The notes beneath the pieces were generated by a model. It saw only the letters and a list, made by a program, of their open reading frames with translations, was not told where the DNA came from and searched no databases. Positions 29,601-38,319 of a stretch of 64,000 bases of DNA are shown one piece after another. Each line of letters opens with the position of its first letter. Within the stretch, counting starts at the first letter, position 1. Position numbers and translations under genes: made by a program. Source of the DNA: Candidatus Onthoplasma sp. (lineage in GTDB: Bacteria > Bacillota > Clostridia > Christensenellales > UBA1242); NCBI GenBank assembly GCA_045578345.1, contig JAZNKB010000008.1, positions 31,839-95,838 on the forward strand. The letters run 5' to 3'.

Positions 29601-30348
29601 AATTAAACTTCAATATGAAAAAGAAATTGCTGGAACTTACCTATCTGGTCACCCGCTTGATAGTTTTATGGACATCATTAAAAACTTCACTTTTGATTCT
29701 TCATTCTTGCCAAGCGTTACGGATGATGAAGAAGATAGTTCGTTCGAAAGCGACAATTCTTTTGATTCTCTTTTGGAAGAAAAAGAAGAATTATATAAAG
29801 GTCTTAAGAATGGTGATGTTGTAACCTGCGGTGGTGTTATATCTAACCTTAAAGTTATTCAAACTAAATCTGGCGGAAGAATGGCGTTTGTTGGAATTGA
29901 AGATTTAACAGGCAGTTTTGAAGTTGTTGTTTTCCCTAAAGTGTTTGATAAGTTTAAAGATATTTTAACTGCTGATGCTCTTGTTGCAATTAGAGGAAGA
30001 TTCTCTCTTCGTGATGGCGAAAAACCAACAATCACAGCAGATAACATTGAACTTATGGATGATCATGAAAACACGGAAGAAAATGGAAATTCTAACGAAA
30101 ATTTATATGAAGAAGTTGAAGTTATTAAACCAAAAAAATTATGGTTAAAATATAACGTTAGCGACGGAATTATTCACGATGCGGTTAAAAAGATTTTAAG
30201 TGACTATAACGGAATTGACGAAGTTTATGTTAAAGACACAGGAACGAACCAAGCATTCAAAATGAACACACTTGTCACCATCCGCGAAAGCCTAATTTAC
30301 GAACTTGAAACAATCTTAGACAAGGCAAACATCTTCATTCAAGAATAA
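26686..30348 (+). CDS. dnaE: DNA polymerase III alpha subunit DnaE
   Basis: N-terminal PHP domain HLHVHTEFSLLDGA, polymerase core (GPGRGSGAGS, PDFDIDF), and an OB fold near the C-terminus. 1220 aa. Confidence 0.96.
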   Translation: MEDTNKPEMKPFVHLHVHTEFSLLDGAARIKKMVKLAKEYNMPAVAITDHGNMFGATRFFDACKEVGIKPIFGTEFYVDDDLTVKKGKQRLAHLVILAKNEQGYKNLSMLNTIAFRDGFYYKPRIDYKTLEKYHEGLICLSACLGGDVPRLILEEQYEKAEELIQWFKNLFGEDYYLEIQHNKLADQEIVNAKLREYSKKFGIKLVATNDVHYLMEDDAEMQDVLMCVSMQKFVDDPDRFKFPTDELYFKTYDQMLAGLPQDEEALATTLEIAEKCNYEFVYGHYLFPKYVPEGGYNAEVGLTPKEYFVNLIDKGVERRYGGYTDVIRARVASEMAVIEKQGFIEYFLIVWDYINAARNMGISVGPGRGSGAGSLIAYAIGITNIDPLRFDLLFERFLHSERVTAPDFDIDFQDNRREEVVDYVKRKYGENRIARIITFGTMKAKNAIKDVGRVMRVPYNTCDKITKMIPMYKSPIIPKAFGFHIPKEGDKDFGTVYIVPELVEMYNSDPQVKKMIDIAMKVEDFPRQSSTHACGVIIGADILDKHVPLARNGEDITTQFEGADMEHLGHLKMDFLGLRNLTDIVETKKLVKKNYGVDIDFENCTYDDPNVFKLISTGNTEGIFQIESGGFQKFMKELQPSCIEDIVAAVSLYRPGPMDSIPRYVHNKHHPEDTTYDHPILEPILKVTYGCIVYQEQVMKICQEMAGFTLGQADMIRRAMGKKKLAEMLKWKDAFLYGKEAYTDDHGKFNSAIKGAVNNGVSEEIANKIWNEMEAFASYAFNKSHAAAYSLLTYQTAYLKNYYLAEFITATLNDRITNIEKLTHYIAYAKQEKIEVLPPDINKSDVYFTTDGKKILFGLSALKNVGVSVMEDIIKEREENGEYKDFNDFIWRANPQALNKRCIESLIKTGAFDCFGKTRSQLMAIFSIMVDRCLDRKKQAMDGQMNLFGDIIEDTKLIEDNEIPNLNEFNNTIKLQYEKEIAGTYLSGHPLDSFMDIIKNFTFDSSFLPSVTDDEEDSSFESDNSFDSLLEEKEELYKGLKNGDVVTCGGVISNLKVIQTKSGGRMAFVGIEDLTGSFEVVVFPKVFDKFKDILTADALVAIRGRFSLRDGEKPTITADNIELMDDHENTEENGNSNENLYEEVEVIKPKKLWLKYNVSDGIIHDAVKKILSDYNGIDEVYVKDTGTNQAFKMNTLVTIRESLIYELETILDKANIFIQE

Positions 30349-30349
30349 G

Positions 30350-30380
30350 AAAAAACACTCCTAATTGGAGTGCTTTTTAT
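30350..30380. terminator. bidirectional terminator
   Basis: Stem cactcc/ggagtg followed by a T-run. Confidence 0.65.
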
Positions 30381-30775
30381 TTACCAAACACATTATTATT
30401 GCTTTGATTGTTTTTGTATTCGTTTTTCCTTTCAGCAACAAATTCATCATAGCTATGATAGAGTTTATGACTTCCAACTTTAAATGGTGATTGACCATTT
30501 CCAAATATATTGTTATATGTTTCTTCAAAAACTACATATCTTTCACCATCTACTTTAATTCTATTATATGCATTTCTTAATGTCATGGCATCATCATATG
30601 CAAGGAAAATGCAAGGGAATACATATTCTTTTCTATCAAATGGACTTAACATTAAATAATCCATTGGCGAGATTTCGCCTTCAAAAAGAACTTCTTTATA
30701 AACACCGTAAACCATTGTGTTTTTTGTTATTTTATCATTATCTTTTTTGTGTTTAAAATAATCTAATATACTCAT
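30377..30775 (-). CDS. hypothetical protein (132 aa)
   Basis: Intact ORF; no motif recognised. Confidence 0.45.
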   Translation of the reverse strand: MSILDYFKHKKDNDKITKNTMVYGVYKEVLFEGEISPMDYLMLSPFDRKEYVFPCIFLAYDDAMTLRNAYNRIKVDGERYVVFEETYNNIFGNGQSPFKVGSHKLYHSYDEFVAERKNEYKNNQSNNNVFGK

Positions 30776-30834
30776 AATGCTCCTTAAAATTGCAAAAAGT
30801 ATAGCATACTTAGAAAATTATTTCAATATTACTT

Positions 30835-31896
30835 TTAAAAATTATTTAGATTTTTTCTTTTATAATACAGGATTAAACCGCTGATTAAGAATATGATTGA
30901 AAGACATAAAAGTGTTAAAGCTATTATTGCATGAATGTTTTGATCTAAGGTAACTTCTGGAATCCAACGAGAAAAATCTGCCTTAAATATGTTTGCATCA
31001 TGAGACAACTCTCTTTGAAGTTCTGGATTTTTAAATTTAAGAAATGGTGGCACCAAATATAATGAATTTATTAAAGTTAAAATAATGCTTGTTTTTAATA
31101 GTTTATTGACCTTCAAGAATCGCACTGCCATTAAAATACTAATAATTAAATAGCACACCAAAGTTATTGGAAAACCAATTTTTAAAAACCAATGGTTATT
31201 TGCATGTCCGTTTGAAACTGCGAATATGTCAACAACAATTAACAAAATATTAAGCGCAACAAAATCAAAACCAACTGAAACAAAATCGTTAAATTTTCTA
31301 ATCTTTTCAAACACTTTATATTTTTTAACATAGATTGGCATAAAGATTATTATCATTCCAAACAAAACTGAAAGAGTTGGAATTAAAAACCAATTTCCAC
31401 CCGTGTGTAAGCAACAAACACCAAGCAATAATGTTAGCGCTAAAAACTCACTAAGAGGCACAAAAATAAGTTTATGTTTCTTTATATATTTTGGAAGATT
31501 TGTGAATGTAAAAGCTAGAATTAAACTAGATAAAACAATCCAAAACCAAGTTAAACTTTTGTTAATGGCCAAGTCACAAATGAAACATGGGATGAGGGCA
31601 AGTGCATACGAAATAGAAAAGAACAAACTCCAAGAAAAACTGAGTGTTCTCCACTTCTTTGCTTGAACTTTTTCTGCTCTGCTTTTTTCATCAATGCTTG
31701 CGGTGATTAGTTCATGTTCACTAACTCCCAAAATTTCACTAAGTTTAGGAAGCAATGCTATGTCTGGATGAGCCACATCTTTTTCCCATTTGCTAACCGC
31801 CGACTCTGTTACAAACAACAATTTTGCCAATTCTTTTTGAGTTAGATTTTTTTCTTGTCTTTTTTGTTTTAAAAACAAACCAAAACCATTAGACAT
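30835..31896 (-). CDS. XRE-family HTH domain fused to a polytopic membrane domain
   Basis: N-terminal LKQKRQEKNLTQKELAKLLFVTESAVSKWE, followed by about 8 hydrophobic helices. Confidence 0.75.
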   Translation of the reverse strand: MSNGFGLFLKQKRQEKNLTQKELAKLLFVTESAVSKWEKDVAHPDIALLPKLSEILGVSEHELITASIDEKSRAEKVQAKKWRTLSFSWSLFFSISYALALIPCFICDLAINKSLTWFWIVLSSLILAFTFTNLPKYIKKHKLIFVPLSEFLALTLLLGVCCLHTGGNWFLIPTLSVLFGMIIIFMPIYVKKYKVFEKIRKFNDFVSVGFDFVALNILLIVVDIFAVSNGHANNHWFLKIGFPITLVCYLIISILMAVRFLKVNKLLKTSIILTLINSLYLVPPFLKFKNPELQRELSHDANIFKADFSRWIPEVTLDQNIHAIIALTLLCLSIIFLISGLILYYKRKNLNNF

Positions 31897-32035
31897 AATT
31901 TTCTCCTTTTAGATTATTTGTGCTTGAACATAAACAAGCGAAAAGAAAATATATATCAAACTTACTTGAATATAATTTTCCCTTTCTGTTGCAAACATAT
32001 TAACACAAAATTTTTAAATTTGTTTTAAATTTTAT

Positions 32036-32072
32036 AAAAAAATCACTTGAAAGTTATTCAAGTGACTTTTTA
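32036..32072. terminator. bidirectional terminator
   Basis: Perfect 9-bp stem tcacttgaa/ttcaagtga with A- and T-runs. Confidence 0.75.
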
Positions 32073-32146
32073 AAATTATTTTTTTATTTAAAAAATTATT
32101 AAGAAATACTATTTTATAGTATTTTAGCGATTTTTTAATTAATATT

Positions 32147-32638
32147 TTAATTATATTTAATTTCAACAAAATTAAAATTACCATATGGTGGAATTGCTTT
32201 TTGAAAAAGTTCTTTCTTCTGCTTTTCATATGCTAATCTTTCTTCTTTTGTTAAATCATCAAGCTCATGACTGAAACAAAACTTTTGATATTCTAAAAGT
32301 GCTTCTTTAAAATATATATTGTAAAATTCTTCACTCCTAGCCGTATCAACATCTTCTTTTGTTAAGATATCTTTATTCAAATGATGCATCAAAGATAAAG
32401 CCAAATCATAATCTTCATAAACATGTTTAGCATTGCAAGGAATCAAACTGAGTTTAACAAGAATTTTTTGAATTATTGATTTCATTTCTTTTCTTCTTAA
32501 CACTCTTTCCTTTTTTGCCAACTCCATTGCTTTATCTCTTGTTAAAAAGCCTAAATCTTTTGGAATTTTCAAATAAACATCATATAACCAACCAGTATAT
32601 TGACTATATGTAATCGCTTCTAATTGTTCTTGCTTCAT
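32147..32638 (-). CDS. hypothetical protein (163 aa)
   Basis: AAGGAG RBS 6 nt before the ATG at 32638. No motif recognised. Confidence 0.5.
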   Translation of the reverse strand: MKQEQLEAITYSQYTGWLYDVYLKIPKDLGFLTRDKAMELAKKERVLRRKEMKSIIQKILVKLSLIPCNAKHVYEDYDLALSLMHHLNKDILTKEDVDTARSEEFYNIYFKEALLEYQKFCFSHELDDLTKEERLAYEKQKKELFQKAIPPYGNFNFVEIKYN

Positions 32639-32684
32639 AATCACTCCTTATTATTATATTAATAGTTAATAAGAGTTTGTCAAA

Positions 32685-33830
32685 TTATATAAGTCTAGAT
32701 AAATCAATGCCTTCTTTGAAAGCGCATGGGGTTGCACATTTGAATCCGCTTGTGCAACGAGCTCCTGTGTTGATTTTCTCTAAATCACGGCGAACAAAAT
32801 CGTTATCAGTGTTTTTGATTATTCTTTCAATTGTATATTGAGTGTTTCTCATAACTTCAAGTTGAGCTGCAGTGCAAAGTCTTTCTTTTGCTTTTAAAAT
32901 TAAGTTTTCATAGTCTCCACGTTCGTTGATGTTCAAAAGTTGACCTTGTGGAAGCAAGTGTTCCACTTGTTCCATATCTCTTAACCACTCTTCAACCAAA
33001 TATGGATTATCTTGCAATATCAAAGGGATGAAATATTCAGGATTTTCATCTAACATCATTTCATAATGAAGAGTTCTGTGGCGTTGCGCTTGGGCAAGCA
33101 TTGCAAAACTTCCTTTATAGTTCACTGAATAACATTCACCAAATTGTTCTTGACGTACACGTTTACCAATCAATGAAAATTCTCTTCCCTTTCCATCATT
33201 CATAAGGTCTTTATCAAGATAGCCAAAATCTTCCATTTTTTGAACGAATTCACTTGCAGTAGGAGCCAACATTTTATATATTGGGTTATTGCTATTTTCA
33301 AATTGTTGCATCCAACCGCACATATAATTTAGTTGTTGATAACTGATAGAGTGTCTCATAGATGTTGGAGTCATAACAGAAGTGAAATATCTTGCGTTTT
33401 CCATTGCAAGCTTTTTAATTCTTCTTCCATCAAAATAACTAAAATGACCATATTTTTCAGTTATAATCTTTTCAAGTTTATCTGTCCATTTATCGTAAAG
33501 ATACTTTTCAATGCCGGTTAGTTCCATTTTTGTGTATCTTGCTGATTTCTCGCTTGTATCAAAAACCTTTTCATTATTAAGTAACATAGCAAATAATTTT
33601 GGAATATTTTCAAGGTCAAAGGTAATTCTTGAATGTCCAAACACACTATGATGTCCACTTCCCTTAGTTCTGTCACTTCTACTAAATGTTTTTTCAATAT
33701 CTTCATTTTTAAGAGCTTTAAAATCTAGCGGCATATAACAAACACCCGCAGAACTTCCACCAAATTGGTCTAACTCAAATTTATCAACCACATAACCGAT
33801 TTTTGTACTTGCAGCAACTTCAATATTCAT
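32685..33830 (-). CDS. ThyX-like (flavin-dependent thymidylate synthase family) protein, internally duplicated
   Basis: First half: GHHSVFGHSRITF...SEKSARY (ThyX HxSxxEH...SxRY, but no RHR). Second half: QRHRTLHY...EYFIP...RLCTAAQLE (has RHR, but no SxRY). Confidence 0.5.
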   Translation of the reverse strand: MNIEVAASTKIGYVVDKFELDQFGGSSAGVCYMPLDFKALKNEDIEKTFSRSDRTKGSGHHSVFGHSRITFDLENIPKLFAMLLNNEKVFDTSEKSARYTKMELTGIEKYLYDKWTDKLEKIITEKYGHFSYFDGRRIKKLAMENARYFTSVMTPTSMRHSISYQQLNYMCGWMQQFENSNNPIYKMLAPTASEFVQKMEDFGYLDKDLMNDGKGREFSLIGKRVRQEQFGECYSVNYKGSFAMLAQAQRHRTLHYEMMLDENPEYFIPLILQDNPYLVEEWLRDMEQVEHLLPQGQLLNINERGDYENLILKAKERLCTAAQLEVMRNTQYTIERIIKNTDNDFVRRDLEKINTGARCTSGFKCATPCAFKEGIDLSRLI

Positions 33831-33920
33831 AAAATTCTCCTTTGTTTCATTAAAAAAGATAAACCAAAAAAAGAAATGTTTTTATTTCTCTAGTTTGTTT
33901 ACCCCTATGACTAATATTAT

Positions 33921-33938
33921 CACAAATTTAAATTTGTG
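33921..33938. promoter_or_regulatory. 18-bp perfect palindrome CACAAATTTAAATTTGTG inside the putative promoter of the ThyX-like gene
   Basis: On the minus strand the promoter reads TTTACA-17-TGaTAATAT. The palindrome covers the end of the -35 element and nearly the whole spacer. Confidence 0.5.
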
Positions 33939-33978
33939 TAAAGAAAATCAAGATTCAATTTTAAGAAAAAAAGAAGTT

Positions 33979-34236
33979 CTAAAATTCTTCGACTTCTTCT
34001 TTCCTTTGAACTGGTTTTTTCTTTTTATAATTAAAGAGTTTAAGTCTTCCTTTTGAAAACAAAGTAACAACCAAAATATACATACTGCAAAAACCAATGA
34101 ACACATAAATAATACGACTAAAAACATTTGCTTGAGTTCCAAAAATGCCAGCAATGAAATCATATTGAAGCGCACCAATCATTAGCCAATTTAGCCCACC
34201 CAAACAAGTCATTATAAAAGCAACCAATCTAAACAT
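33979..34236 (-). CDS. DUF378-family small membrane protein
   Basis: GGLNWLMIG...SRIIYVFIG pattern, with an AGGAG RBS. Confidence 0.7.
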   Translation of the reverse strand: MFRLVAFIMTCLGGLNWLMIGALQYDFIAGIFGTQANVFSRIIYVFIGFCSMYILVVTLFSKGRLKLFNYKKKKPVQRKEEVEEF

Positions 34237-34332
34237 ACATTCTCCTATTTATTGTAGTTTTCTTTGTTTGCACAAATTTATTCATATTTGTATGTTGTTA
34301 AATTAAGTCAATGTAATAACACCTATTAAAAT

Positions 34333-34432
34333 GTCATGTTGAGCGAATGAAATGAGTCGAAACATCCCATAATCAGAAAGTATTGCTTAGCATTATGGGA
34401 TTCTTCGACGCACTACGTTTGCTTAGAATAAC
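34333..34432. repeat. 100-bp inverted-repeat element of the dispersed family
   Basis: Forward arm at 34333-34367 and reverse arm at 34398-34432, flanking a perfect 10-bp stem atcccataat/attatgggat. Confidence 0.8.
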
Positions 34433-34459
34433 AAAACGTTTTATCAAAACGGAACCAAA

Positions 34460-35617
34460 TTAATTTTCTTTGTTATATTTTTCAATTTCTTTCATCATTG
34501 ATTTATATCCAAAAGGTGTTTTAACTTCCACTTTTCCATATGGACATGCAGCAACACATTTATGGCAGAAAATACACTTTTTATAATCAATTTCAGCATA
34601 TAGTTCACCGCGATTATCATATTTCATCATAATTGCGTTTGTTGGACAAATTTTAGAACAGATTTTACAACCTTTACATTGATTTTTATCGATTGTAACT
34701 CTTTGTTGATAGTTGATAAAATAGTTCTTGGAATGTTTAATTTCAGTATGATTATCAAATTCAACTGTTTGGAAATCAACAACGTTAAATCTATCAAGTT
34801 TTTCGGCAACAAGTTTATATGGTCTGTTGAAATCAAACAAATCTCTGTTTTGAGCTTGTTTTAAAATTGTGTTATCATACTTGATTTTTAAAATATCAAA
34901 CATACATGCATCTATTGCGTAAGCACTTTCACTAACAGCCAAAACATTAAGCATTCTTTGAGTTTTGTTTGCTTCAAGAGATACAATTCCATCTAAGATA
35001 TTCAAAACAATTTTGTTTTTAAATGTTTCATACATGTCAATTATGTAATCATTAAAATCTCCTAGTGTGGACAATCTATTTAACACTAGTTCTTTCATTT
35101 GTCCAGGAATTAAACCAAACATATTTGACGTTGCACCTAAATACCCCAATTTATCGTCAAACTTAAGTTTTCCAATGTTTATTATTGCATCAACCTGATT
35201 TACAACATCCAAAACCTTAATTCCTTTTGTTTTTACACCATTCGGAACTTCTAGATTTACTGTTCTTAAGTTGTGGTTAAGTTCACAAGTTGTTAAATTT
35301 GCCATCTCTAACATTCCGGTGTTTAAATAGACTGAACTAAGGTAACTATCACTGAACTTTTTCTCAGGGCTATCCGCAACCAAACATTTAACACCAAACT
35401 GAGATAGATAATCAACCACCGCTCTTACAACAGATGAGTGAGTTGTCTCAGCCAAGTCTTGCGACACAGCATCAGGTAAATGAACCTTAAGAAGAACTTT
35501 CATTTGCGATTTAAACTTGTTTTTCAAACCTAAACGTTGAAAACCATTTTCTATTGCAATTTTCAAATCTTCAATGTTATAATCATTTAAATATTCTAAT
35601 GACACTAAATTACTCAT
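34460..35617 (-). CDS. DUF362-domain protein with a C-terminal 2x[4Fe-4S] ferredoxin domain
   Basis: Two Cys clusters, CKGCKICSKICP and CIFCHKCVAACP. The N-terminal region resembles DUF362. Confidence 0.7.
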   Translation of the reverse strand: MSNLVSLEYLNDYNIEDLKIAIENGFQRLGLKNKFKSQMKVLLKVHLPDAVSQDLAETTHSSVVRAVVDYLSQFGVKCLVADSPEKKFSDSYLSSVYLNTGMLEMANLTTCELNHNLRTVNLEVPNGVKTKGIKVLDVVNQVDAIINIGKLKFDDKLGYLGATSNMFGLIPGQMKELVLNRLSTLGDFNDYIIDMYETFKNKIVLNILDGIVSLEANKTQRMLNVLAVSESAYAIDACMFDILKIKYDNTILKQAQNRDLFDFNRPYKLVAEKLDRFNVVDFQTVEFDNHTEIKHSKNYFINYQQRVTIDKNQCKGCKICSKICPTNAIMMKYDNRGELYAEIDYKKCIFCHKCVAACPYGKVEVKTPFGYKSMMKEIEKYNKEN

Positions 35618-35763
35618 AAAAATATAATATTAAATTTGAATATATTTGTCAAATGAAATGAATTTGTGCATTAGATAATTTAAAATTAATTTTTTAAGAT
35701 TTAATTTATCATTACAATAAAATAATTTGCTTTTTTTATTTATTTAGAATAAAATAGATATGT

Positions 35764-36021
35764 ATGATTAAAATATGGGGAAAAGTTGTAAGCAACGAAA
35801 AAATCGTGAAAAGCAAAACTGTTAAAGTGGACACCGAAACCACAACTTTTTTTGACATGCTTGCAAACTTAAGCCATTTGTTAAACATTCCTACTCCAGT
35901 GTTACTTGATAAACATGTTTACGATTTTAATGTTTTCGGTATTTGCACATTTAAGCCGGATGATTTTATTGAAGATGTTGCGTTTGACCGATTTGTGGTT
36001 GAAATTTTTAAAGGTTTATAG
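35764..36021 (+). CDS. hypothetical protein (85 aa)
   Basis: Intact ORF only. Confidence 0.35.
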   Translation: MIKIWGKVVSNEKIVKSKTVKVDTETTTFFDMLANLSHLLNIPTPVLLDKHVYDFNVFGICTFKPDDFIEDVAFDRFVVEIFKGL

Positions 36022-36070
36022 TTATATTTTAAAATGTAATTTTAAAGATTTATAATTTATGGGGGAAATT

Positions 36071-36982
36071 ATGAAAATAAAAAAAATTGCTGTTTTAACA
36101 AGTGGCGGTGATGCTCCTGGCATGAACTCTGCCATTTATGGCATATATTCTGCTTGCAGAGAAAACAATATCAAACTTCTAGGTTTTGTTGGCGGTTATG
36201 ATGGTTTAATTGATAACAATTTCATTGAAATTGATTTCAGTTTGCTTGATGGAAAAATCAATGCTGGCGGAAGCGTTTTAAAAAGCAGTCGAAGTCCAAG
36301 ATTTTTAAAGCCAGCTTATTTTAAAAAAGCACTTCAAAATATAAAGTCCAACAAGATTGATGCAGTGATTGTTATTGGGGGAGATGGAACAATTCGCGGT
36401 TCAATTGCTCTTCGTGATGCTGGAATTAACATTATTTCTCTTCCTGGAACCATTGACAATGATTTAAATTTCTCTTACACCATTGGTTTTAACACCGCTT
36501 TAAATAATATCGTTGACGCTGTGGATAAAATTTCAGAATCACTTTCTGCTTTCAATTATGGTGGTGTTATTAAAATCATGGGGCGCGAATGTGACGATTT
36601 AATCAATGCTGCTGCCACTGCTCTTCACTGCGATCTTGTTGTTAAACAAAAAGATTTTAACTTAAATTCGCTTGTAAAAGCAATCAAGAAAACTCACGAT
36701 AACTATCACTTGCCAAGTATTGTTTTGGTGCGTGAAGATTGTGTGGACTGCAATGAACTTGCTTCAATTTTGCAAGAAAAATGCAAATTTCAATTCCGTC
36801 CACATATATTAGGATATATACAACGCGGTGGAAGACCAACCGCTTTTGACAGATCTTATGGCTACTCAGTCGGACTTTATGCTGTTAAATTTATGCTTAA
36901 GAATGAATACGGATTCTCTCTAGGTATGCAAGGAACAGAAATTGTAAAAAAATCATTTGAAGAAACTGTTAAAAAATTATAA
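36071..36982 (+). CDS. pfkA: ATP-dependent 6-phosphofructokinase
   Basis: IAVLTSGGDAPGMN, IGGDGT, PGTIDND and MGR motifs. Confidence 0.93.
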   Translation: MKIKKIAVLTSGGDAPGMNSAIYGIYSACRENNIKLLGFVGGYDGLIDNNFIEIDFSLLDGKINAGGSVLKSSRSPRFLKPAYFKKALQNIKSNKIDAVIVIGGDGTIRGSIALRDAGINIISLPGTIDNDLNFSYTIGFNTALNNIVDAVDKISESLSAFNYGGVIKIMGRECDDLINAAATALHCDLVVKQKDFNLNSLVKAIKKTHDNYHLPSIVLVREDCVDCNELASILQEKCKFQFRPHILGYIQRGGRPTAFDRSYGYSVGLYAVKFMLKNEYGFSLGMQGTEIVKKSFEETVKKL

Positions 36983-36990
36983 ATTTCTCT

Positions 36991-37020
36991 TGACAGTAAA
37001 CCTGTTCAAATGTTATAATG
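36991..37020 (+). promoter_or_regulatory. sigmaA-type promoter (TTGACA-18-TGtTATAAT) of greA
   Basis: Read directly from the sequence; about 175 nt upstream of the greA ATG. Confidence 0.6.
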
Positions 37021-37045
37021 ACACGTAGTTTAAGAAAAACAACTG

Positions 37046-37080
37046 TTGCGATAGGTCTTCTATTGCAACTATTTTGTTGT
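37046..37080 (+). terminator. leader hairpin plus U-rich tract (candidate attenuator) in the greA 5' leader
   Basis: 10-bp stem gttgcgatag/ctattgcaac (one G-U pair), 5-nt loop, then tattttgttg. Confidence 0.45.
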
Positions 37081-37194
37081 AAAAACAAAAAAACAATCAT
37101 TAACATTAAATTTGATTTATTATCTATATTAAAAAATTAGATAACTAATCGATTTAAATTTGTTAAACCATTAACTATAAAAGGAGATATTATT

Positions 37195-37668
37195 ATGGAT
37201 GAAAAAACATTTATGACTCAAGAAGGATATGACAAAACTGTTGAACGTTTAAACTTTTTAAAAACAACAAGAAGACAAGAAGTTGCAAACAAAATTGCTG
37301 AAGCAAGAAGTTATGGCGACTTAAGTGAAAACAGTGAATATGACATTGCAAGAGAAGAACAAGCAAGCACTGAAGCTGAAATTTTTGACCTTGAAAACAA
37401 ACTTAAATCTGCTGTTATCATCGACCCAAAAAAAGTTGACACTAAAAAAGTTGGTGTTGGATGTAAAGTTAGCATAACAAACATGAAAACAAAACAAAAC
37501 TTTGAATATACAATTGTTGGTGACACAGATTCAGACCCATTGAACGGAATGATTAGTAACGTTTCTCCAATTGGTGCGGGCCTTATGGGCAAAAAAGTTG
37601 ACGAAATTGCTGTTATAAAAACACCAGCAGGTCTTGTTCAATACAAAATTACAAAAATTCAATTATAG
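37195..37668 (+). CDS. greA: transcription elongation factor GreA
   Basis: N-terminal coiled coil with SYGDLSENSEYD; 157 aa. Confidence 0.95.
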   Translation: MDEKTFMTQEGYDKTVERLNFLKTTRRQEVANKIAEARSYGDLSENSEYDIAREEQASTEAEIFDLENKLKSAVIIDPKKVDTKKVGVGCKVSITNMKTKQNFEYTIVGDTDSDPLNGMISNVSPIGAGLMGKKVDEIAVIKTPAGLVQYKITKIQL

Positions 37669-37671
37669 AAT

Positions 37672-37722
37672 AAAAAAAAGAACATTGTTATGAAGAATTC
37701 TAAACAGTGTTCTTTTTTTTGC
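37672..37722. terminator. bidirectional terminator
   Basis: 10-bp stem agaacattgt/acagtgttct with A8 and T8 flanks. Confidence 0.7.
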
Positions 37723-37736
37723 ATTTCATAAAAGTC

Positions 37737-38258
37737 TTATTTAACAATAACATCAGGTGGTTGACACACATTGTCTTGATTAGATTTTATCAATTGTTCG
37801 TCATTTGCACACATTGCTAAGATTAAGAAAATAACTTCTATAATGTTGGTGTTTAAAACAGTTAACGTAAGCAGTGCAATTGTGCAACCTTTTGCATATT
37901 TATTTTTACCACTCGAACTCAGAACTTTGATTGCCAAAACAAGTTTTGCAACTCCCATTCCTAATATCACAAAACCAGCGAAGTCGATTATTGTTGTGAT
38001 AACTCTAACAGTTATGATGATATCCGATTGAGTGGTTATATCCTCTTCACCGTCTTCGTCTATTTCCACAAAATAATAACTACCATCTGCTTCTTCATAA
38101 TAAACACATTCATCAGATTTATACACTTCTTTCATAAAATCTTCGTCCACAAATGAACCTAATGCAAACAAAGCAAGCCCCATCAACATTTCAAATGCTG
38201 AAGCAATTATTATAATAATAGATCCAATTGTTAAATATTTTTTCCTTTTTCTATTCAT
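37737..38258 (-). CDS. hypothetical membrane protein (173 aa)
   Basis: About 4 TM helices and an acidic loop. Confidence 0.5.
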   Translation of the reverse strand: MNRKRKKYLTIGSIIIIIASAFEMLMGLALFALGSFVDEDFMKEVYKSDECVYYEEADGSYYFVEIDEDGEEDITTQSDIIITVRVITTIIDFAGFVILGMGVAKLVLAIKVLSSSGKNKYAKGCTIALLTLTVLNTNIIEVIFLILAMCANDEQLIKSNQDNVCQPPDVIVK

Positions 38259-38319
38259 AAACCCCTCCTTAATTTTATTGTATATTGTTTATATGTTTTT
38301 GTCAAGATAATTAAATGAT

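Noticed and set aside
33921-33938. Possibility that the 18-bp palindrome is an NrdR box.
   Set aside because: The half-sites (CACAAAT) resemble the NrdR half-site. However, the CAC-to-GTG span is 18 nt rather than the ~14 nt of the 16-bp NrdR box as I remember it, and no tandem second box is present.
33948-34178. 76-aa ORF overlapping the DUF378 gene in another frame.
   Set aside because: The DUF378 frame has the RBS and the family motif, so the overlapping frame is spurious.
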